Source: Negaprion brevirostris (lineage: Eukaryota). Taken from it: a stretch of DNA of 64,000 nucleotides. The notes under the pieces were generated by a model. That model was given only the letters and a program-made list of their open reading frames with translations, ran no database searches and had not been told where the DNA came from. The stretch lies in the NCBI GenBank assembly GCA_030324005.1, contig JARDVH010000031.1, forward strand, positions 18,137,806-18,201,805, read 5' to 3'. Made by a program: the position numbers and the translations under genes. This document shows, piece after piece, positions 26,318 through 64,000 of the stretch; position 1 is the stretch's first letter, and the number at the start of each line of letters is the position of its first letter.

Positions 26318-27012
26318 ATGTGGGCATCACTGGCAAGGACAGCATTTGTCACCCAGCCTAATTGCCCATGAACTGAGCGACTTGATTGGTTATTTCAGAG
26401 GACAATTAAGAGCCAACCACATTGCTGCAGCTCTGCAGTCACATGTAGGCCAAACTTGGTAAGGATGGCAGATTTCCTTCCTAAAGCACATCAGTGACCC
26501 AGATGGGTTCATTTTATATGACAGTTGATTATTTCATGGTCACCACTGAGACTAGCTTTATATTGGAGTGGCACGGTGGTTGGCACTGCTGCCTCAGCGC
26601 CAGGGACCCAGGTTCAATTCTGACCTCGGCTCACTATGTGTGGAGTCTGCATGTTCTCCACCTGTCTGTGTGGGCTTCCTCCCAGGTGCTCCAGTTTCCC
26701 CCCTCACTTCAAAGCTGTGTGGGTTAGGTGGATTGGTCATGCTAAATTGACCCTAGAGTCGGGGTTGGGGGTGGCGGTTAGCAGGGTAAATGTGTGGGGT
26801 TACTGGAAGAGGCCTGGGTGGGATTGTGGTCGGTGCCAAACCAATGGGCCAAATGCCATCTCCTGCATTGAAGGGATTCTATGATTCCAAATCTTATTGA
26901 CGCGATTTAAATTCCCCCATCTGCCATGGTGGGATTTGAACCCATATCCTCACTGCATTAGCCTGACTTTCTGGATTCTTAGTCCAGCAACATTACCACT
27001 GTGCCACCATCC
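26318..27012 (-). mobile_element. Older tRNA/Deu-type SINE split by a younger SINE
   Basis: Minus-strand head ggtggcacagtggtaatgttgctggactaag...ggttcaaatccc at about 26930-27012; LINE-like tail at 26318-26370. Confidence 0.6.
26566..26887 (+). mobile_element. HE1/V-SINE-like tRNA SINE (nested)
   Basis: ggcacggtggttggcactgctgcctc...ggttcaattc...ggattctatgattc. Confidence 0.9.
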
Positions 27013-28374
27013 CCCTAAAGTACATGATTTTTCAGGTTTATTATTTTCCACATGTCTCAATCTACATCAAATAAGTTAATAGATTTGTAGCAATCTTGGT
27101 ATAAGTTGACAAAGCTGTGGCGATCTACCAAAAAGATGCAAATGGACTGCAACATTGCTCAGACTGATTCTTGGTGTCTGTAAGTGGCTGTGTTAGGCTC
27201 ATATCACACTACCCATTATGTATCACTCTGTCCTGCATTTGTTACTGATTAATAATTGCAATAAAAATCTGTTGTGTAATTGATTATATTCTATATACAA
27301 AGTAACAATCTGTTGTACTATGTATAATTTTGTTTCTATAGATTAGAATTGACCTGTAGGGTAAATGAGAATTATTTCATATTGTTCTTTTTTCCTCGTG
27401 GGAAAGCGGTAGTTTTTGTTGGGTGCTGATAGCCTGATTCTGTGTTGTTCCAAGTGGCCATTCTGCCATGATGAGGCCAACCATTGTACCAGCATCACAT
27501 TTGCTGATAGTGACATAACAGCTAATGTGACACCATGTTCACCCGAAGACCGGGTGTGTAGCTTGTATCATGCATCATTAGAATGTTGATCAAACGTGGA
27601 AATGCTAGGTAATGAAGAGGAACTGTGCTTTGGAATATAGTTTGTGCACATGTTGTAGGTAACTCTGTCTCTTGCTGGAGACCATTGACTGATATTCATA
27701 ATAAGTAGGCATTTTGCTGAAATGTATAGATGATTTGTCTACAGTACTATCATCTGCCCATTACCATCTGTGATATAAAAATGATTACTAAAATGAATTA
27801 CAAAACCTAAAGAAATTATTGGACCAGTTTATTGCTTATTTTTCTGAATTACTCCAGTTCCTGCATCTTGCTCTAGACCTCGAAATCTACAAGAAACAGT
27901 CTGCTCATTTAATTTGTTTTGTAGTTGCATGCATCCATTGTGTATTCTTGCCATCATATGAATTGTGTGGTAAGAGCCTGAAAGCAAATATACTAAAGTA
28001 TGAGTTCATGGTTTTAATTCCTGATAGCTTCATGGAAGAGCTTTCTATTGGTGCTGCACCTGTCCCCTTTGTGTTTCATGCCTTGGAAAGTGGAAAAGAA
28101 CTGTTAGGATTTCTGTACCATGATCCTAAAGAAAATTGATTTTGAGCTGCCAATTAATCCTCAAGTGGAATATACCAAGCACAATGTCAGGCTGTGGGAG
28201 TAATGAGTTGTAATTGTGTGCCTTCCCTGAAGGTCTGTATGTACGTCCTGAGAGTATTTTGTGCTACTGGTAAACTTATTTGTAAGTACTAACTGTTATT
28301 TCTGTGTATCATACAGGTGTCACTGCCCGAATACACTGCCTGTGAGAAATCCTTGATAGTAAACCAGCAACATC

Positions 28375-62979
<34,605 letters not shown>

Positions 62980-63520
62980 TTGTTTCCTCACCTCCCTCTG
63001 CTATTTGTGTCATGTTACCCACCAACATAAACCACAAGCAACCTGCTTTCACACCCTGTTTGTAAAATTTGTATATTATCCTCTTGCCTCATAGACAATA
63101 CTTAAAACGTTAAATTTCAAGGAATTATTCTAAAGTTCTTTTCTAATTCCAAACCTTTCTGGCTAGACCCTCCTTTCCCATTGCTTCATGCTTTAATGTA
63201 GGTTTTTGGTTCCACATTTAATTAAATTAACTATTGCTTGCAAAAAAAAATGTATTTGCAGACTATTTCCTCAGTATAATTTTTAGTTCAGTAATTACTG
63301 GTAACATGATTGCAACCTCTTTTTATAAAAAATAATAAACCTCGATGTAATCCAATTATTTGTAGTTGTTCTATTTGGTTATAATAAAGGAGGGCACATG
63401 ACTGGCTGTGTGCTGAAATACAACCTATCACTAAATATGTTTTGCCTGCCTCCTCTGTTATCAGCTACTGCGGAAAGGTACATATCCATTGCATTTTAAG
63501 GACCTTGCTGAATGAATAAA
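62980..63520 (+). other. PCBP3: 3'UTR with candidate polyadenylation signals
   Basis: AU-rich sequence after the stop; AATAAA at 63334-63339, 63383-63388 and 63515-63520; GT/T-rich stretch tgtagttgttctatttggtt after the first. Cleavage site not determinable. Confidence 0.55.
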
Positions 63521-63719
63521 TAAATGTTAGATGGCAGTAGGGATCAGCATCATTGTCTCGCCTGCATGGATCAATAATGTAATTTTTAACTAAGTTTAGC
63601 CCCAAGGAATGAAATGACTGCTTGGAGCAGTGTATGATAGTTGAGATTATTGTCCATGGAGAGCTGGTTGACCAACTTGTGTGGTGAAGAATAGCAGTGA
63701 AGATATGCTGGGGCGGTGG

Positions 63720-64000
63720 TGGCAATGGGTTTATTCAAAAGGGGGTTTAGACTGATGGAAAAAGGATGTTAAATGGGACGAGGAATTACGGCAGACCTGA
63801 TAAGAGAACTAGGTCATCATGGATGGAATTAATGAACACTCTTTCTCAAGAATATTGGACATGCAGAATTCAACCACCAAAAGATAGTGGGTGCAGGGAT
63901 TTTGGTACTCTTTGACGATATAACTAGTAGAGTTGACTGAGGAGAACCAATGGATGTGATTTATTAAGGCATTCAACAGTGTCAGATATCAGGCTACTAT
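63720..64000 (+). mobile_element. Degenerate CR1 RT fragment running off the window end
   Basis: ggaattacggcaga (GNYRP-like) and DITSRVD*GEPMDVIY..KAF motif. Confidence 0.6.

Overview
AT-rich vertebrate genomic DNA with several assembly gaps. The repeat content (HE1/V-SINE-like tRNA SINEs, CR1, Rex/Babar and Penelope-like remnants) points to a cartilaginous fish, probably a shark. The window holds the complete coding region of one + strand gene, a three-KH-domain poly(rC)-binding protein of the PCBP3 type: 12 coding exons from ATG 28375 to TAA 62979, about 319 aa, all joined by GT-AG introns with consistent phases. The first 28 kb is most likely 5'-UTR intron or upstream sequence. The most interesting signals are in alternative splicing of the KH2-KH3 linker: a probable mutually exclusive 169-nt exon (46841-47009), a 69-nt alternative donor extension, a NAGNAG acceptor, a possible GC donor, and C-rich 3' splice sites suggesting autoregulation. 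Structural oddities include a ~130-bp inverted repeat pair 1 kb apart, a template-switch-like palindrome before the last exon, and short palindromic elements with target-site duplications and degenerate hammerhead-like cores. No prokaryote-type system (CRISPR, operon) is present. All family assignments are by eye and from memory, not from database searches, and repeat boundaries are approximate.
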